Shown here piece after piece: positions 33,576-45,853 of a DNA stretch of 64,000 nt. Within the stretch, counting starts at the first letter, position 1. Each line of letters opens with the position of its first letter. Location of the stretch: positions 14,364 to 78,363 of the forward strand of contig JARIHC010000007.1 in assembly GCA_029288485.1 (NCBI GenBank), in the 5' to 3' direction. Below the pieces are notes generated by a model that had not been told where the DNA came from, ran no database searches, and saw only the letters and a program-made list of their open reading frames with translations. The position numbers were made by a program, and so were the translations under genes. The stretch comes from Candidatus Saccharimonadota bacterium. GTDB taxonomy: Bacteria > Patescibacteriota > Saccharimonadia > Saccharimonadales > UBA4665.

Positions 33576-33596
33576 ATAGTGTATCGCTCACACTTT
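33576..33596. promoter_or_regulatory. candidate NrtR operator, site C (ATAGTGTATCGCTCACACTTT)
   Basis: TAGTGTA-N7-ACACT immediately upstream of nrtR. Overlaps the nadE stop codon. Confidence 0.5.
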
Positions 33597-35520
33597 ATTT
33601 GCGCCAGCCCAAGCTCAGGTTGGGCGGCAGCCTAAGGTCGCCGCGCGGACTTAATGAAACGGTGCCAACTTTGGTAGTATTCGGCATGACCTCGCGCTTC
33701 CACTGGGCGTTAGCGTAGAGATCTAGATAGGCTTCTAGTCTGTCGGCTATCGTAGCTTCATCGTACGCTCCCGCGAACGCCTGAGTTGCTAGATAGCCAA
33801 TCTTCTCAGGACGGCTGCCGCGCCGGTTGAGCTCGAACATGAAGAAATCATTTAATTTATAGGGGCCGACAATATCCTCAGTGGCTTGTGATAGGTCGCC
33901 ATCGCCGGTTAGTTCCGGAGATATAGGCGTGTCTAAGATGTCGTAGAGGATCTCTTTTACCTCTTTACTGGCTTTATTGTCGGCGTACCACCGCACCAAG
34001 TGTTGAACTAGAGTTTTTGGAATGCCACCGTTAGGATTGAACATGCTCATATGGTCTCCGTTGTAGGTACACCAGCCAATGGCGTTTTCGCTCATGTCGC
34101 CAGTGCCTAGCTCAAGGGCCATCAGCTTATTGGCATAGTTCATGAGGATTTCTTTTCGAGTACGCGCCTGAGCGTTTTCGTAGGCGATGTCTTGTGTGGT
34201 CTGGTCGTGCTCGATGATTGCAAGGAAGTTATCGGCAAGCGCCTGAATAGGTTTGACTTTGTGAGTGGTCCCCATGGCTTCTGCGAGCAATGTGGCATTG
34301 TCCTGAGTGCGTTCACTGCTGGCTCTGGCAGGCATAGTAACGGTGTGGATGAAATCAGCTGATTTATCTAGTTGCTTAGTGGCTTCTAGTGCTGTTAATA
34401 GGGCTAGAGTAGAATCCAAACCGCCGGACAAGCCAAGCACTATGCCCCTAGAATTTTTTTCACGGATACGTTGCGCTAAAGCGTGGCTAGTATAGCTAAA
34501 GAGTTCTTCGCAGCGCTCGTCTAGGGTCTCCGGATTACCGGGCACAAAAGGCGCCTTATCAACATAGCGCAGTAGCCTGTCGTCTGTTGGCGCTGGCACA
34601 GACACATCTATGGTGCGGTAATCTTGGTCGCCGGCCTGGTCGGCCCATGTCTTATCGACTGCGCGGTCATGCTCTAAGTAGGTGCGGTCAATGTCTTGCA
34701 CAAGCGGCGCGTGGTTATCGGATAGCGGTTCGCGTTCGGCTGCTAAGTGGCCATTTTCGTCAATTATTTGATGGCCGCCGTAAATTACGTCGGCTACCGA
34801 TTCTCCCCGTCCGGCAGAACAATATACGTAGGCGCAGGCAGTTTTGCCGGTAAATCCCTTAATCAATGTCTTCCTGTAGTCGGCTTTGCCAATCAATTCG
34901 TTACTTGCAGAAAGGTTAGCCACAACTTGTGCACCAGCCAAAGCCGCGCGGGTGCCCGGACTAATTGGTGCAAACATATCTTCACAGATTTCAGCGGCGA
35001 CCTTAGTGCCGTTTATGTCCCATAAAATATCGGTCCCAAAGGGGGTCTCTTGATTGCCTATTTTGATCATCTGGTTTTCGACGCCTTTGCCGCTAGTAAA
35101 CCAGCGCCGTTCATAAAATTCTTTAGCATTAGGTAGATGTGTTTTTGGGACCACGCCTTGAACCTTGCCTTCGGCTAACATAACGGCGCAGTTGTACCAA
35201 ACGTCGTTGCGCTTAAGCGGTGCGCCAACCAGCATGGCTGGGCCGTCTTTAGTGAGGCCGGCAAGTTCCTCTAGACCTTCCTCGGCTCTTTCTGTTACGT
35301 GTGTGTTATGAAAGAAATCCCCAGCGCTATAACCGGTTAAGGATAGTTCAGGGCACACTAGTAACTCGGCTTGTTCATCCTGAGCGGCCCGATAGGCTTT
35401 GGTCAAAGCGGCTACATTAGCAGGTACGTCGGCTAGCGAAACTTCCGGCGAAACGGTAGCTACACGTAAGTAATCGCCAACTGGTTTTTCGAATTCTACA
35501 GGTGCTTTAACTTCGTTCAT
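33595..35520 (-). CDS. nadE: glutamine-dependent NAD+ synthetase
   Basis: N-terminal CN-hydrolase domain ('CPELSLTGY', 'KVAAEICEDMF') and C-terminal synthetase 'GLSGGLDSTLAL'. Confidence 0.9.
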   Translation of the reverse strand: MNEVKAPVEFEKPVGDYLRVATVSPEVSLADVPANVAALTKAYRAAQDEQAELLVCPELSLTGYSAGDFFHNTHVTERAEEGLEELAGLTKDGPAMLVGAPLKRNDVWYNCAVMLAEGKVQGVVPKTHLPNAKEFYERRWFTSGKGVENQMIKIGNQETPFGTDILWDINGTKVAAEICEDMFAPISPGTRAALAGAQVVANLSASNELIGKADYRKTLIKGFTGKTACAYVYCSAGRGESVADVIYGGHQIIDENGHLAAEREPLSDNHAPLVQDIDRTYLEHDRAVDKTWADQAGDQDYRTIDVSVPAPTDDRLLRYVDKAPFVPGNPETLDERCEELFSYTSHALAQRIREKNSRGIVLGLSGGLDSTLALLTALEATKQLDKSADFIHTVTMPARASSERTQDNATLLAEAMGTTHKVKPIQALADNFLAIIEHDQTTQDIAYENAQARTRKEILMNYANKLMALELGTGDMSENAIGWCTYNGDHMSMFNPNGGIPKTLVQHLVRWYADNKASKEVKEILYDILDTPISPELTGDGDLSQATEDIVGPYKLNDFFMFELNRRGSRPEKIGYLATQAFAGAYDEATIADRLEAYLDLYANAQWKREVMPNTTKVGTVSLSPRGDLRLPPNLSLGWRK

Positions 35521-35580
35521 AACTCTTATCCTTCGTGTAAAGTTGACATTAACTATATAGCAGTGTACTATGAATTATAG

Positions 35581-35601
35581 TAAGTGTCAATAGTACACTA
35601 A
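35581..35601. promoter_or_regulatory. candidate NrtR operator, site B (TAAGTGTCAATAGTACACTAA)
   Basis: The reverse complement, TTAGTGTACTATTGACACTTA, matches site A. Located in the divergent nadE / nadD intergenic region. Confidence 0.6.
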
Positions 35602-35619
35602 TTAATATAGGTAGTCCAT

Positions 35620-36225
35620 ATGAAAGAAATTGCAATATTTGGCGGCACATTCGATCCACCTACTAGGGCGCATGACGGTATTATTGAGGCTTGTCTGGAG
35701 CGCCCGGATATCGATGAGGTATGGTTAATGCCTTCTGGCTGCCGTGCCGATAAACCTGGTATGTCATCTAACGCTGCCCGTTTAGCCATGTTAGAGCTTG
35801 TACGTTCAGAGATTTTTAATGATGACCCCAGGATTGTAGTGACAGACTTTGAGCAGCAATTGGCGCAGCCTACCCAAACGCATCGGACAGTGGATGCTCT
35901 AGAGGACACTTATCCGGACAATAATTTCTGGTTTGTGTACGGAGCTGATGCTTACCAGTCTATGCCTGAGTGGGAAAAGGGGGCTGAGCTACGCCGCCGC
36001 CTAGGCATGCTGCTGGTTAGACGCCAGGATTATGAGCGGCCAGCCGAGGGCGGCAATATTCGCCACTTGGAGGTAGAATTGGCGGAAGACGGGGTTTCTT
36101 CTAGTCTTTTTAGAGACGCACATGTAGCTGACGAGCCCGTTGATCATTTAGTAAATTCGGCGGTTATGGCATACGTTAGAGAACAAGCGCTTTATGCTGC
36201 TGAAGTAACCGCTGGTAGAATATAA
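35620..36225 (+). CDS. nadD: nicotinate-nucleotide adenylyltransferase
   Basis: 'IAIFGGTFDPPTRAH' (GxFxPxHxxH class) and a C-terminal 'SSSLFR' (ISST-like) motif. Confidence 0.85.
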   Translation: MKEIAIFGGTFDPPTRAHDGIIEACLERPDIDEVWLMPSGCRADKPGMSSNAARLAMLELVRSEIFNDDPRIVVTDFEQQLAQPTQTHRTVDALEDTYPDNNFWFVYGADAYQSMPEWEKGAELRRRLGMLLVRRQDYERPAEGGNIRHLEVELAEDGVSSSLFRDAHVADEPVDHLVNSAVMAYVREQALYAAEVTAGRI

Positions 36226-36228
36226 GTA

Positions 36229-36888
36229 ATGAGCGAGCATCCTCAAATCGAGTTTTACATGGTTCGCCACGCAGAGTCATCGCACAATTTGCGTCCACAG
36301 GTGATCAACGGCCAAAGCCTCCACGCCGCACTTAGCCCAGAGGGTGTCGTCCAAGCTGCTGAACTGGGCGAACATCTAAAACGTATAGACATTAACCCAG
36401 ATTTAATTTTGGCTTCGCCAGCCCGCCGCTGCCGGCAAACCGCAAACCTTGCCTTAAAAGTTATGGGCTGCGATATGGAACCGGTATTTGACGAACGTTT
36501 ACTAGAACTTAGCCAAGGCGAGTGGGAAGGAAGGTTGCGCGAAGAAATTTATACAGAGGCGACCGTTGCTCGTATCCGCGCAGAGCAAATGGACTTTAGC
36601 GCACCCGGAGGACAATCTGTTAATAAGGTAGCTAATCAGCAGCAAGAGCTTTTTGATGAACTGCCGGGGCGGTTTAATGGCGCGGAAGGTACGAAAGTTA
36701 TTTTAGGTTTTGGCCATGGGTTGGCAACCAGAATACGAGCCGGCAAATTACTTAATTGGACGATGGATGAGATGCGCTGTGATATCACGCCAAATACATC
36801 TCTAACTTTATTTACTTATGACAGTGGAGATTGGGGTGTGGAGTACGTAGGCAAGCCAGCTTCAGAGCTAGATGTCGTACAATTATAG
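36229..36888 (+). CDS. histidine phosphatase family protein (PGAM-like)
   Basis: 'FYMVRHAESSHN' (RHG-type catalytic motif) and a later 'GHG'. Confidence 0.7.
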   Translation: MSEHPQIEFYMVRHAESSHNLRPQVINGQSLHAALSPEGVVQAAELGEHLKRIDINPDLILASPARRCRQTANLALKVMGCDMEPVFDERLLELSQGEWEGRLREEIYTEATVARIRAEQMDFSAPGGQSVNKVANQQQELFDELPGRFNGAEGTKVILGFGHGLATRIRAGKLLNWTMDEMRCDITPNTSLTLFTYDSGDWGVEYVGKPASELDVVQL

Positions 36889-36892
36889 CTAG

Positions 36893-37966
36893 ATGAAAAT
36901 AGCTGTAGTTACTTGTTCTCCTAAAAATGATTACCCAAGAGCGCGTAGCTTGCGCCAGGCGTTTGCTAAGTGCCGAGATGTGCAAGTGCTGGTAGTTCGC
37001 AACAACCATATAGGCTTCTTGCGCTACCCAGAAATTGCAATTAGAATCTTTAAAACTCGTATATTCGACCGGCCGGATGCATATGTAATTACTTTTCGCG
37101 GATATGAAATGCTGCTATTTATGAGGCTAACATTTGTACGTAAGCCGATAGTATTCGATGAACTTATAAACTTTACCGAGTGGATGATAGAGCAAGGCCG
37201 TTTACAACCTGGTTCATTTGCATATCATATATTTAGACGCTGGAACATTTGGATGACAAAGCGCTGCCAGCTAATTTTGGCCGATACCGATGCTCATGCT
37301 AAAAAGTCATCAATACTTAACAAGTTAAGTATTGATCGGTATAAGGTGTTGCCAGTATCTGCCGACGAAAGCATGTTTAAGCCGCTTGCTGCCGCTTCCG
37401 GTCCCAGCGCCAAGAAACCTTTTACAGTGCTCTATTACGGCCATATGGTGGCGCTGCACGGCTTAGATTACGTTTTACGAGCAGCCGAACTGCTGAAAGA
37501 CCGGCCGGATATCGAGTTTCGTTTAGCTGGCGGTAAAAAGCAAGGCCGGGTAGCACGGGATTGTGCAGTAGCGGTCCGTCGCGGCGCGCACCTGACTCAC
37601 GAAAGTTGGTTGCCGTTTGAAGAATTACCCACAGCCATACATAAAGCTGGCATAACACTGGGCGGTCCCTTTGGCGGCACCTTGCAAGCTCGTTATGTGG
37701 TAACCGGCAAGACTTATCAGACGCTGGCTAGCGCCTCACCGGTGTTAATCGGTCGAAATGAGGTCAACGAAGGTTTTGTTGATAAGAAAAATTGTCTGGT
37801 CGTGCCACAGGCTGACGCCGAGGCATTGGCAGAAGCTATCCGCTGGGCAGCGGATCATCCTAAAGAAATGGCCCTGATTGGCCTCGCCGGCCGCAAGCTC
37901 TACGAACAACACTTTTCTCATGAAATATTTGACAAAATAGTTGCAAGGATAGTTGAAGAATTATGA
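36893..37966 (+). CDS. GT-B fold glycosyltransferase (family 1/4-like)
   Basis: C-terminal 'GKTYQTLASASPVLIGRNEVNEGFVDKKNCLVVP' resembles the EX7E region of GT4 enzymes. Confidence 0.55.
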   Translation: MKIAVVTCSPKNDYPRARSLRQAFAKCRDVQVLVVRNNHIGFLRYPEIAIRIFKTRIFDRPDAYVITFRGYEMLLFMRLTFVRKPIVFDELINFTEWMIEQGRLQPGSFAYHIFRRWNIWMTKRCQLILADTDAHAKKSSILNKLSIDRYKVLPVSADESMFKPLAAASGPSAKKPFTVLYYGHMVALHGLDYVLRAAELLKDRPDIEFRLAGGKKQGRVARDCAVAVRRGAHLTHESWLPFEELPTAIHKAGITLGGPFGGTLQARYVVTGKTYQTLASASPVLIGRNEVNEGFVDKKNCLVVPQADAEALAEAIRWAADHPKEMALIGLAGRKLYEQHFSHEIFDKIVARIVEEL

Positions 37967-38778
37967 GTGACCTAGTTGATACGCACTGCCATATTCAGTC
38001 GGCAGGACTTAAAAAAGGCGAGCGGGCTACTCTTCAGCTATGGGCCAAGGCATCCGAGCTGACTGGTTCGGACTTGGCGGCAAGTGCAGTAAAAACTGGG
38101 GTAACGCGCTTAATTTGCGTGGGCTGTGATTTGGAAGACAGTCTGCTAGCGGTAGATTTCGTTCAGACCCAAAAAAATTGCTGGGCATCAATAGGTATCC
38201 ATCCTCATGAGGCGCAGCATTACGCAGGGAATACGGCAAAATTAAAAGAGTTTGCGTTTTTAGCCGATAAGGCTAAAGTGGTGGCAATTGGTGAGTGCGG
38301 TCTGGATTACTACTATGAACATTCGCCTAAAAAAGATCAGCTGTCGTTACTACGATTTCAAATAGAACTGGCGCTAAAAAGAGATCTGCCTGTTATTTTC
38401 CATGTCCGCGAAGCTTTTGATGACTTCTGGCCAATTTTTGAGGAATATAAAGGTATAAAAGGGGTTCTGCATAGCTTTACCGACTCGGGTAACAATTTGC
38501 GAAAAGCGCTTGAGCAAAATCTATACATCGGAGTAAACGGTATAGCAACTTTTACTAAAGATTCCGATCAGCTAGAAGTGTACAAACAAGTGCCGCTAAA
38601 AAAATTACTACTGGAAACAGACGCTCCCTTCTTGACTCCTGTGCCTTATCGTGGTAGTATAAATGAGCCGAAACGGGTGAGGGAAGTAGCCAACTTTTTA
38701 GCTGACTTGCGCGGTGAGGACCGTGAAGTGTTAGAGCGTGCTACGACTCATAATGCCCGACAACTATTCGGTATATAA
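37963..38778 (+). CDS. TatD-family metal-dependent hydrolase/DNase
   Basis: 'VDTHCHI', 'IGECGLDYYY', 'IFHVREA', 'GVLHSF', 'LLLETDAPFL'. Confidence 0.85.
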   Translation: MSDLVDTHCHIQSAGLKKGERATLQLWAKASELTGSDLAASAVKTGVTRLICVGCDLEDSLLAVDFVQTQKNCWASIGIHPHEAQHYAGNTAKLKEFAFLADKAKVVAIGECGLDYYYEHSPKKDQLSLLRFQIELALKRDLPVIFHVREAFDDFWPIFEEYKGIKGVLHSFTDSGNNLRKALEQNLYIGVNGIATFTKDSDQLEVYKQVPLKKLLLETDAPFLTPVPYRGSINEPKRVREVANFLADLRGEDREVLERATTHNARQLFGI

Positions 38779-38793
38779 ATAACTCAATAATCA

Positions 38794-39066
38794 ATGAATA
38801 CTTCTAGAGACCATTCACCGGAGTTAAGACCTAAAAGCGAAGCTATGCTCGAGCGTAGCCAGTTGGTTGATGCCAGCGCATTGGGCGCTGAGGCTGCTCT
38901 GTATGCTGAGTTTTGGGACCAGCCCGCTTCAAGGCCAGCTAACGGTGCTGGTTCGGTTATAAATCATACTTTTGTTGAAGCACAACGCTTGCAATCTAGT
39001 AACGAACAGGCAATTATTGACGCCCAACGCCAAGTATTGGAGTCTATCGATGAACTTTCTGCCTGA
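38794..39066 (+). CDS. hypothetical protein
   Basis: 90-aa ORF. No motif recognised. Confidence 0.35.
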   Translation: MNTSRDHSPELRPKSEAMLERSQLVDASALGAEAALYAEFWDQPASRPANGAGSVINHTFVEAQRLQSSNEQAIIDAQRQVLESIDELSA

Positions 39067-39427
39067 TTTATCCAAGCTATTTCCGCGCGACGCTAAGCAG
39101 CACCAAGCGCGCCAAGACCGCGAGCTAATCAAAATGGAATCAGAAATCGGCGGACGGCTGTTCGGCCCTGTTCCAAGGGGTCATCGCCGCGAGTTTTTCT
39201 GTTTAGATCAACACACTTGGGTGTGGCACGAAGAGTGGACCGAAAAAGGCCAGCGTCGCATGATCACCACTCGCTACGAAGTGCGACCAAGCGGTGTGTT
39301 GAAAATCCAAGATGGTCAGGTCTACCAACGTTTATCAGAACCAGAGGCTCGTAACCTGTACTGGGCCGTTGAAATGTATCGCCAACAAGTAGGCGCTGAA
39401 TACCAACGCCGTCTGCAAATAGCTTAG
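39050..39427 (+). CDS. hypothetical protein
   Basis: Start placed at an internal ATG ('MNFLPDLSK...') that overlaps the stop of the upstream ORF by 17 nt. Trp-rich 'HTWVWHEEW'. Confidence 0.4.
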   Translation: MNFLPDLSKLFPRDAKQHQARQDRELIKMESEIGGRLFGPVPRGHRREFFCLDQHTWVWHEEWTEKGQRRMITTRYEVRPSGVLKIQDGQVYQRLSEPEARNLYWAVEMYRQQVGAEYQRRLQIA

Positions 39428-39450
39428 ACGGTACGTTTATACTAAACTTG

Positions 39451-40587
39451 ATGTCTGCTAAGTTTATTTATTTGGATCACGCTGCCGCTACCCCCGTCGA
39501 CAAACGGGTTAAAGAGGCTATGGCGCCGTATTGGTCGCAAAAGTTTTATAATCCGTCGGCAACATATGGTCCTGCCCGCCAATCTAGAGAGGCGCTGGAA
39601 GCGGCTCGGTCGAAAGTTGGATATTGGCTAGGCGCCAAGCCAAGCGAAGTTATTTTTACGGCCGGCGGTACGGAAGCCAATAATTTAGCGGTTCACGGCG
39701 TAATGCGTAAATACCCAGAAGCTAATATCGTCGTTGCGGCCATTGAGCACGAGTCGGTTCTGGCGCCGGCTAGACAGTATGATTACCGCAAGGTTGCCGT
39801 CCATCCAGATGGACGGATAGATCTTGACGATCTGCGTACTAAAATTGACAGCAAAACAGTTTTAATAAGCGTTGGTTATGCCAATAACGAGATTGGTACA
39901 GTTCAGCCAATCCGCGAAATTGCTAAAATTGTGGCTGAGCAGCGGGCCAATCGCTCTAAACTACCCATATATCTTCATACTGATGCTTGCCAGGCCGGGA
40001 ATTATCTGGATTTACATGCTGCCCGACTGAATATCGATCTTATGAGCCTTAATGGCGGCAAAATCTATGGCCCTAAACAGAGCGGTGCCCTTTATATAAA
40101 AAGCGGCATCCAGCTAGAGCCTTTAATTTATGGCGGAGGCCAGGAGCGAAGACTGCGCAGCGGTACTGAAAATGTTGCTGGTTCTGTGGGCATGGCAGTA
40201 GCGCTAGACCTGGCACAGCAAGATCGGCGTAACGAAACTGTTCGATTACAAAAATTGCAAAAACAATTTGTAGAATTACTGCAAACGCAGCTACCAATTG
40301 CTAAGATTAATGGCTCTTTAAAATACCGGCTGCCTAATAATGTCCATATCGCTATTCCTGGCCAAGATAACGAGAGATTACTGATACAGCTTGAGGAAGC
40401 TGGTATTCTGGGGGCCGCCGGTTCGGCCTGCAGTGCTAGCGATGAAGAGCCGTCGCATGTTTTAGCTGCTATTGGCCTTGGTGATGCCGAAGCCAGAACA
40501 GCCTTGCGTTTTAGTCTGGGGCGAACTACTACCTCCTCTGACGTTATTCATGCGGTCAAGGAATTAGTCCGGCTTGCTAGCCCGTAG
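39451..40587 (+). CDS. cysteine desulfurase (class V aminotransferase, NifS/IscS-like)
   Basis: 'IYLDHAAATP', 'FTAGGTEANN', 'HTDACQA', 'SLNGGKIYGPK', active-site 'GSACSA'. Confidence 0.85.
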   Translation: MSAKFIYLDHAAATPVDKRVKEAMAPYWSQKFYNPSATYGPARQSREALEAARSKVGYWLGAKPSEVIFTAGGTEANNLAVHGVMRKYPEANIVVAAIEHESVLAPARQYDYRKVAVHPDGRIDLDDLRTKIDSKTVLISVGYANNEIGTVQPIREIAKIVAEQRANRSKLPIYLHTDACQAGNYLDLHAARLNIDLMSLNGGKIYGPKQSGALYIKSGIQLEPLIYGGGQERRLRSGTENVAGSVGMAVALDLAQQDRRNETVRLQKLQKQFVELLQTQLPIAKINGSLKYRLPNNVHIAIPGQDNERLLIQLEEAGILGAAGSACSASDEEPSHVLAAIGLGDAEARTALRFSLGRTTTSSDVIHAVKELVRLASP

Positions 40588-40666
40588 GCTAACTGTTTTA
40601 CCAGCGCTTATGTTTGAGGTATACTGACTACTGTAAGCGCGAGATGTATATGGTGGGTAAACAAAC

Positions 40667-41290
40667 ATGACAATTTGGTGGCTAATACTGATCCTAGCGG
40701 CGCTTGGTAGCGGCGGAATTGCTTTTATATGGATAGCAGTAAAACTTAATCATATAGGCAGCGGAAAAACTAATAACGCTGCTAGGTCGCTGGAAAAATC
40801 GGCAGAACACGACGTAGAAAGCATTTTTAATGATGACTTTCGACAGGAGCTGCGTAACCGAGGCCGTCTGCATTTCGAAAAGATCATCAGTGAAAATGCT
40901 ATGTTCTTGCAGCAAGACTTGCGGCTAACAACTTCTCAAGTTAACGAGTACATGAAATCTGAAATCACAAACGTGCTTAAAGACGAGTTTAGTAAGTATG
41001 AACAGTCGATCATGGATGCTAAAAATATGGCGCTGGAATCGCTAGAAAAAACTTCTAATGCGATTGAAGAGCAAAGAAAAGTCTTAAGCAAAGAAGTTGA
41101 GCAAAACCTGCAAGCCGAAAAAGCCCAGCTGCTTAAACAGTTTGAAGCTAACATGGCCGAAATTGTTAACCACTACGTGCTAGCCGCGATCGGCAATCAA
41201 ATCGACTTAAGCGACCAGCTAGAATATATATTGTCGGAGCTGGAGTCTAATAAACAGGCTATTGTCGAGGATATCCAAAATGGCGCATGA
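40667..41290 (+). CDS. atpF: F-type ATPase subunit b-like stator protein
   Basis: A single N-terminal TM followed by a long charged coiled coil. Sits at the first position of the b-delta-alpha-gamma-beta-epsilon operon. Confidence 0.6.
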   Translation: MTIWWLILILAALGSGGIAFIWIAVKLNHIGSGKTNNAARSLEKSAEHDVESIFNDDFRQELRNRGRLHFEKIISENAMFLQQDLRLTTSQVNEYMKSEITNVLKDEFSKYEQSIMDAKNMALESLEKTSNAIEEQRKVLSKEVEQNLQAEKAQLLKQFEANMAEIVNHYVLAAIGNQIDLSDQLEYILSELESNKQAIVEDIQNGA

Positions 41291-41807
41291 AAACAGCTCT
41301 GAAAAACCAGCCCAAGCTGGCCAATTGCCGCCTTTAGTAGTTGGACCGGTGGAAATAAACCGGCTCAGACGGGAGCTGGCAGAAATAGGCGAAACGCTAT
41401 TAGAGCATACTTTACGCAGACAGGGCAGTAATGCCCAGATGCTTAAATCTAGCCAGCTGATGAACCAGCTAGTTGACTACAATCAGCTAAACCTCCTCGA
41501 TAAAGCTGATCGAGAACGTCTTAGCCATTTTTTGGATAGACTGGCTGAAAAGGCGCCAGTTCTACATATTAGCTTTAGTGCTGACCCTTCGCCACCCTTT
41601 ATGGAGCGGTTGATGGTATGGCTTAGAGCAAATATTCATCCTCAAGTCCTGGTGACTATAGGTGTGCAGCCAACTATAGCGGCAGGCTGCGTAGTGCGGA
41701 GCCCTAATAAGTATTTTGATTTTTCTCTCCGCCAAGATTTTACAAATAAGCGGGAATTGCTTCTAAATCAGATCAGCAAGTATCGACCGGGAGAAACGAG
41801 CGCATGA
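41280..41807 (+). CDS. atpH: F-type ATPase subunit delta (OSCP-like)
   Basis: Position and size fit. C-terminal '[20 protein letters not shown]' resembles the delta 'GG.....g....D.S....L' region. Start chosen at 'MAHENSS'. Confidence 0.55.
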   Translation: MAHENSSEKPAQAGQLPPLVVGPVEINRLRRELAEIGETLLEHTLRRQGSNAQMLKSSQLMNQLVDYNQLNLLDKADRERLSHFLDRLAEKAPVLHISFSADPSPPFMERLMVWLRANIHPQVLVTIGVQPTIAAGCVVRSPNKYFDFSLRQDFTNKRELLLNQISKYRPGETSA

Positions 41808-43288
41808 CCACTAACTCCACAAACCGGCATTTTGACCAGTTAGTAAAGGGAGGCAACCCGGTTGGTGAGATTATAGCCATAGACAAGTTTTTGGTTAAAG
41901 TACGAGGGCTTCAGCCATGCGAAATCCATGCTCTGGTGGTGTTTGAGGACGGCAGTAAAGGATTTGTGCATGAGATTCATGAGAGCTACGTACTACTAAT
42001 GCACTTAGGTACTAAAAGCTTGAGTATTGGCATGGTGGCTGTCGTGCAGCATACCGAACTGGTATGCAAGGTTGGTAAACAGTACGTAGGCCGGGTAATT
42101 TCTGTTACTGGCGAACCCTTAGACGGCAAGGGTCCGATTGCGGCCGACAGTGCATGGCCGGTATTTAACCGTGCTCCAGCGTTACACGATCGCCAGTTAT
42201 TGAGCGATCAGTTAGAAAGCGGCGTATGCGCTATTGACTCGTTATTTCCGTTAGTGCGCGGGCAGCGCATGGCTCTTTTAGGGGAAGCTAAATCGGGTAA
42301 AAGCAGTCTAGTGACTCAAATCGCCACTAATCAGAAAAATACAGATCAAGTTGTAGTCTACTGCCTGATTGCTAAAAATCGGAGCGACATTGATACTCTG
42401 TTAGCACGACTGCAGAACAACGGCGCTCTCGAAAAGGCTATCGTAGTAGTGTCTACCATGTTCGAGTCGCCGGTAACTAGTTATCTGGCGCCGTACGTGG
42501 CTTGTTCCATGGCTGAATATTTATGGCAAAAATGCGATCAAGACACCATCATTATTTATGACGATTTAACCAGTCACGCCCACATTTACCGCGAAGTCGC
42601 CCTGCTTGCTGGCGCGAGCCCGGGTCGAGAGTCGTATCCTGGCGATATGTTTTATGTCCACTCTAGCTTATTAGAGAGGGCCGGCCGCCTGCAAAGAAGC
42701 GGCAAGTGTCTAACAGTTATACCTGTAGTCCATACGGCAAATAGCGACATCACAGCTTATTTGCCTACCAACATTATGTCGATTACCGACGGCCAGTGGA
42801 TTTTAGATATGGACACCTTTAGATCCGGTGTACGGCCAGCGGTGAGCATGGGTCTTAGTGTTACACGTACCGGCGGCATCGGCCATTCAGCACGCCAAAA
42901 AGAGCTAGCCGCCAAAACCCTAAAAATACTTGCCGACTATCGGCAAGCCGAGGAGTTTTCTCACTTTGGTGCCGAGCTGGCAGTTGAGGCCAGGCAAGTT
43001 TTGGCTTCAGGCAAAAGAATACTCAAGATAATTACTCAAAGCCCCAGCGAAACTTTTTCGCTTTTAAGCCAACAGTTAATGTTTGATATTGTTCTTAATT
43101 TGAGACCTAATGAAGATCTAGACATAACACTACTTAAAGCAAATGCAGTGCCATACGCCACTAAGATTACAAAAGATGAAGATTTTGAAGTCGTACGCGA
43201 CGAGTTAAAAGCTAAGTGTCTTATCAAGATTACTAACAGCAATCCGCAGCCCAAACAGCCGGCGGCTACTGCGGAGGCTCAGAAATGA
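41804..43288 (+). CDS. atpA: F-type ATPase subunit alpha (divergent)
   Basis: '[17 protein letters not shown]' P-loop, '[11 protein letters not shown]', '[21 protein letters not shown]', 'ITDGQWIL'. Confidence 0.8.
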   Translation: MTTNSTNRHFDQLVKGGNPVGEIIAIDKFLVKVRGLQPCEIHALVVFEDGSKGFVHEIHESYVLLMHLGTKSLSIGMVAVVQHTELVCKVGKQYVGRVISVTGEPLDGKGPIAADSAWPVFNRAPALHDRQLLSDQLESGVCAIDSLFPLVRGQRMALLGEAKSGKSSLVTQIATNQKNTDQVVVYCLIAKNRSDIDTLLARLQNNGALEKAIVVVSTMFESPVTSYLAPYVACSMAEYLWQKCDQDTIIIYDDLTSHAHIYREVALLAGASPGRESYPGDMFYVHSSLLERAGRLQRSGKCLTVIPVVHTANSDITAYLPTNIMSITDGQWILDMDTFRSGVRPAVSMGLSVTRTGGIGHSARQKELAAKTLKILADYRQAEEFSHFGAELAVEARQVLASGKRILKIITQSPSETFSLLSQQLMFDIVLNLRPNEDLDITLLKANAVPYATKITKDEDFEVVRDELKAKCLIKITNSNPQPKQPAATAEAQK

Positions 43289-44145
43289 AACGACCCCGTG
43301 AAATAGCCCGCGAGGAAGCAGCCATGACGACCCTAGTGAAGCTTACTAGCAGCTTCGAAGGCATAGCCAGTATGCGTATATCGCAAATCAAAGACCAAGT
43401 GCTTCAATCTACCAAGTTTTTTAATGAGCTGTGGGGCATTTATTCGCAGATTAACATTGACGACAACTTTCAGTTTGGCCGTGAAAAAGATGCCGCGGCA
43501 ATCAATAAAGAGCTCTATGTGGTAGTCACGGCAGAAGGCGGCTTCAGCGGCGACATTGACCAAAAATTAATCCAGTTGATGATATCAGAGTACGACTCCT
43601 CTAAGCAGGACATTATAGTAGTTGGCAGCCACGGTGCTGCCCAGCTGGCTCAAAGAGGCGTACGGTTTAAAAAATACTTTAAAATGCCCAGTAAAGACCA
43701 GAACATCAATGTTGCGCCGATAATTCGCGAAGTCCAGCAATATAATTCCACTAAGCTCTACTATCAGGAATACCTGTCGCTTATGAATCAAGATGTAAAA
43801 AGTATAGAATTATCCAAAGCTATTCAAGAGCGGGGCAGCGCTAGCCGGAGCGCGGATCGCGCGATCAATGAGAAAACATATATTTTTGAACCCAGCACTT
43901 ACGCGGTAGTGGCCCACCTAGAAAGGTCTATGATGCAAATTGCTGTTAGCCAGTTGATATTGGAATCCAAGTTGGCGCAATATGCGGCTCGTTTTCGTGC
44001 TATGAGCGCCTCGCATCAGCGCGCCTCCGAAGCAAAAGACGATCTGCACTTAGATTACAATCGTGCGCGCCGCAGCATGAAAGACGAACGCTTGAAAGAA
44101 ATTGTTAACGGCCTCAAAAAAGTGAGAGCTGGAGCGAGGGCGTAA
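43285..44145 (+). CDS. atpG: F-type ATPase subunit gamma
   Basis: Position between alpha and beta. N- and C-terminal helices ('[10 protein letters not shown]' ... '[18 protein letters not shown]'). Confidence 0.7.
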   Translation: MKRPREIAREEAAMTTLVKLTSSFEGIASMRISQIKDQVLQSTKFFNELWGIYSQINIDDNFQFGREKDAAAINKELYVVVTAEGGFSGDIDQKLIQLMISEYDSSKQDIIVVGSHGAAQLAQRGVRFKKYFKMPSKDQNINVAPIIREVQQYNSTKLYYQEYLSLMNQDVKSIELSKAIQERGSASRSADRAINEKTYIFEPSTYAVVAHLERSMMQIAVSQLILESKLAQYAARFRAMSASHQRASEAKDDLHLDYNRARRSMKDERLKEIVNGLKKVRAGARA

Positions 44146-45833
<1,688 letters not shown>

Positions 45834-45853
45834 TTTGTTAAAATAGATAAGAT

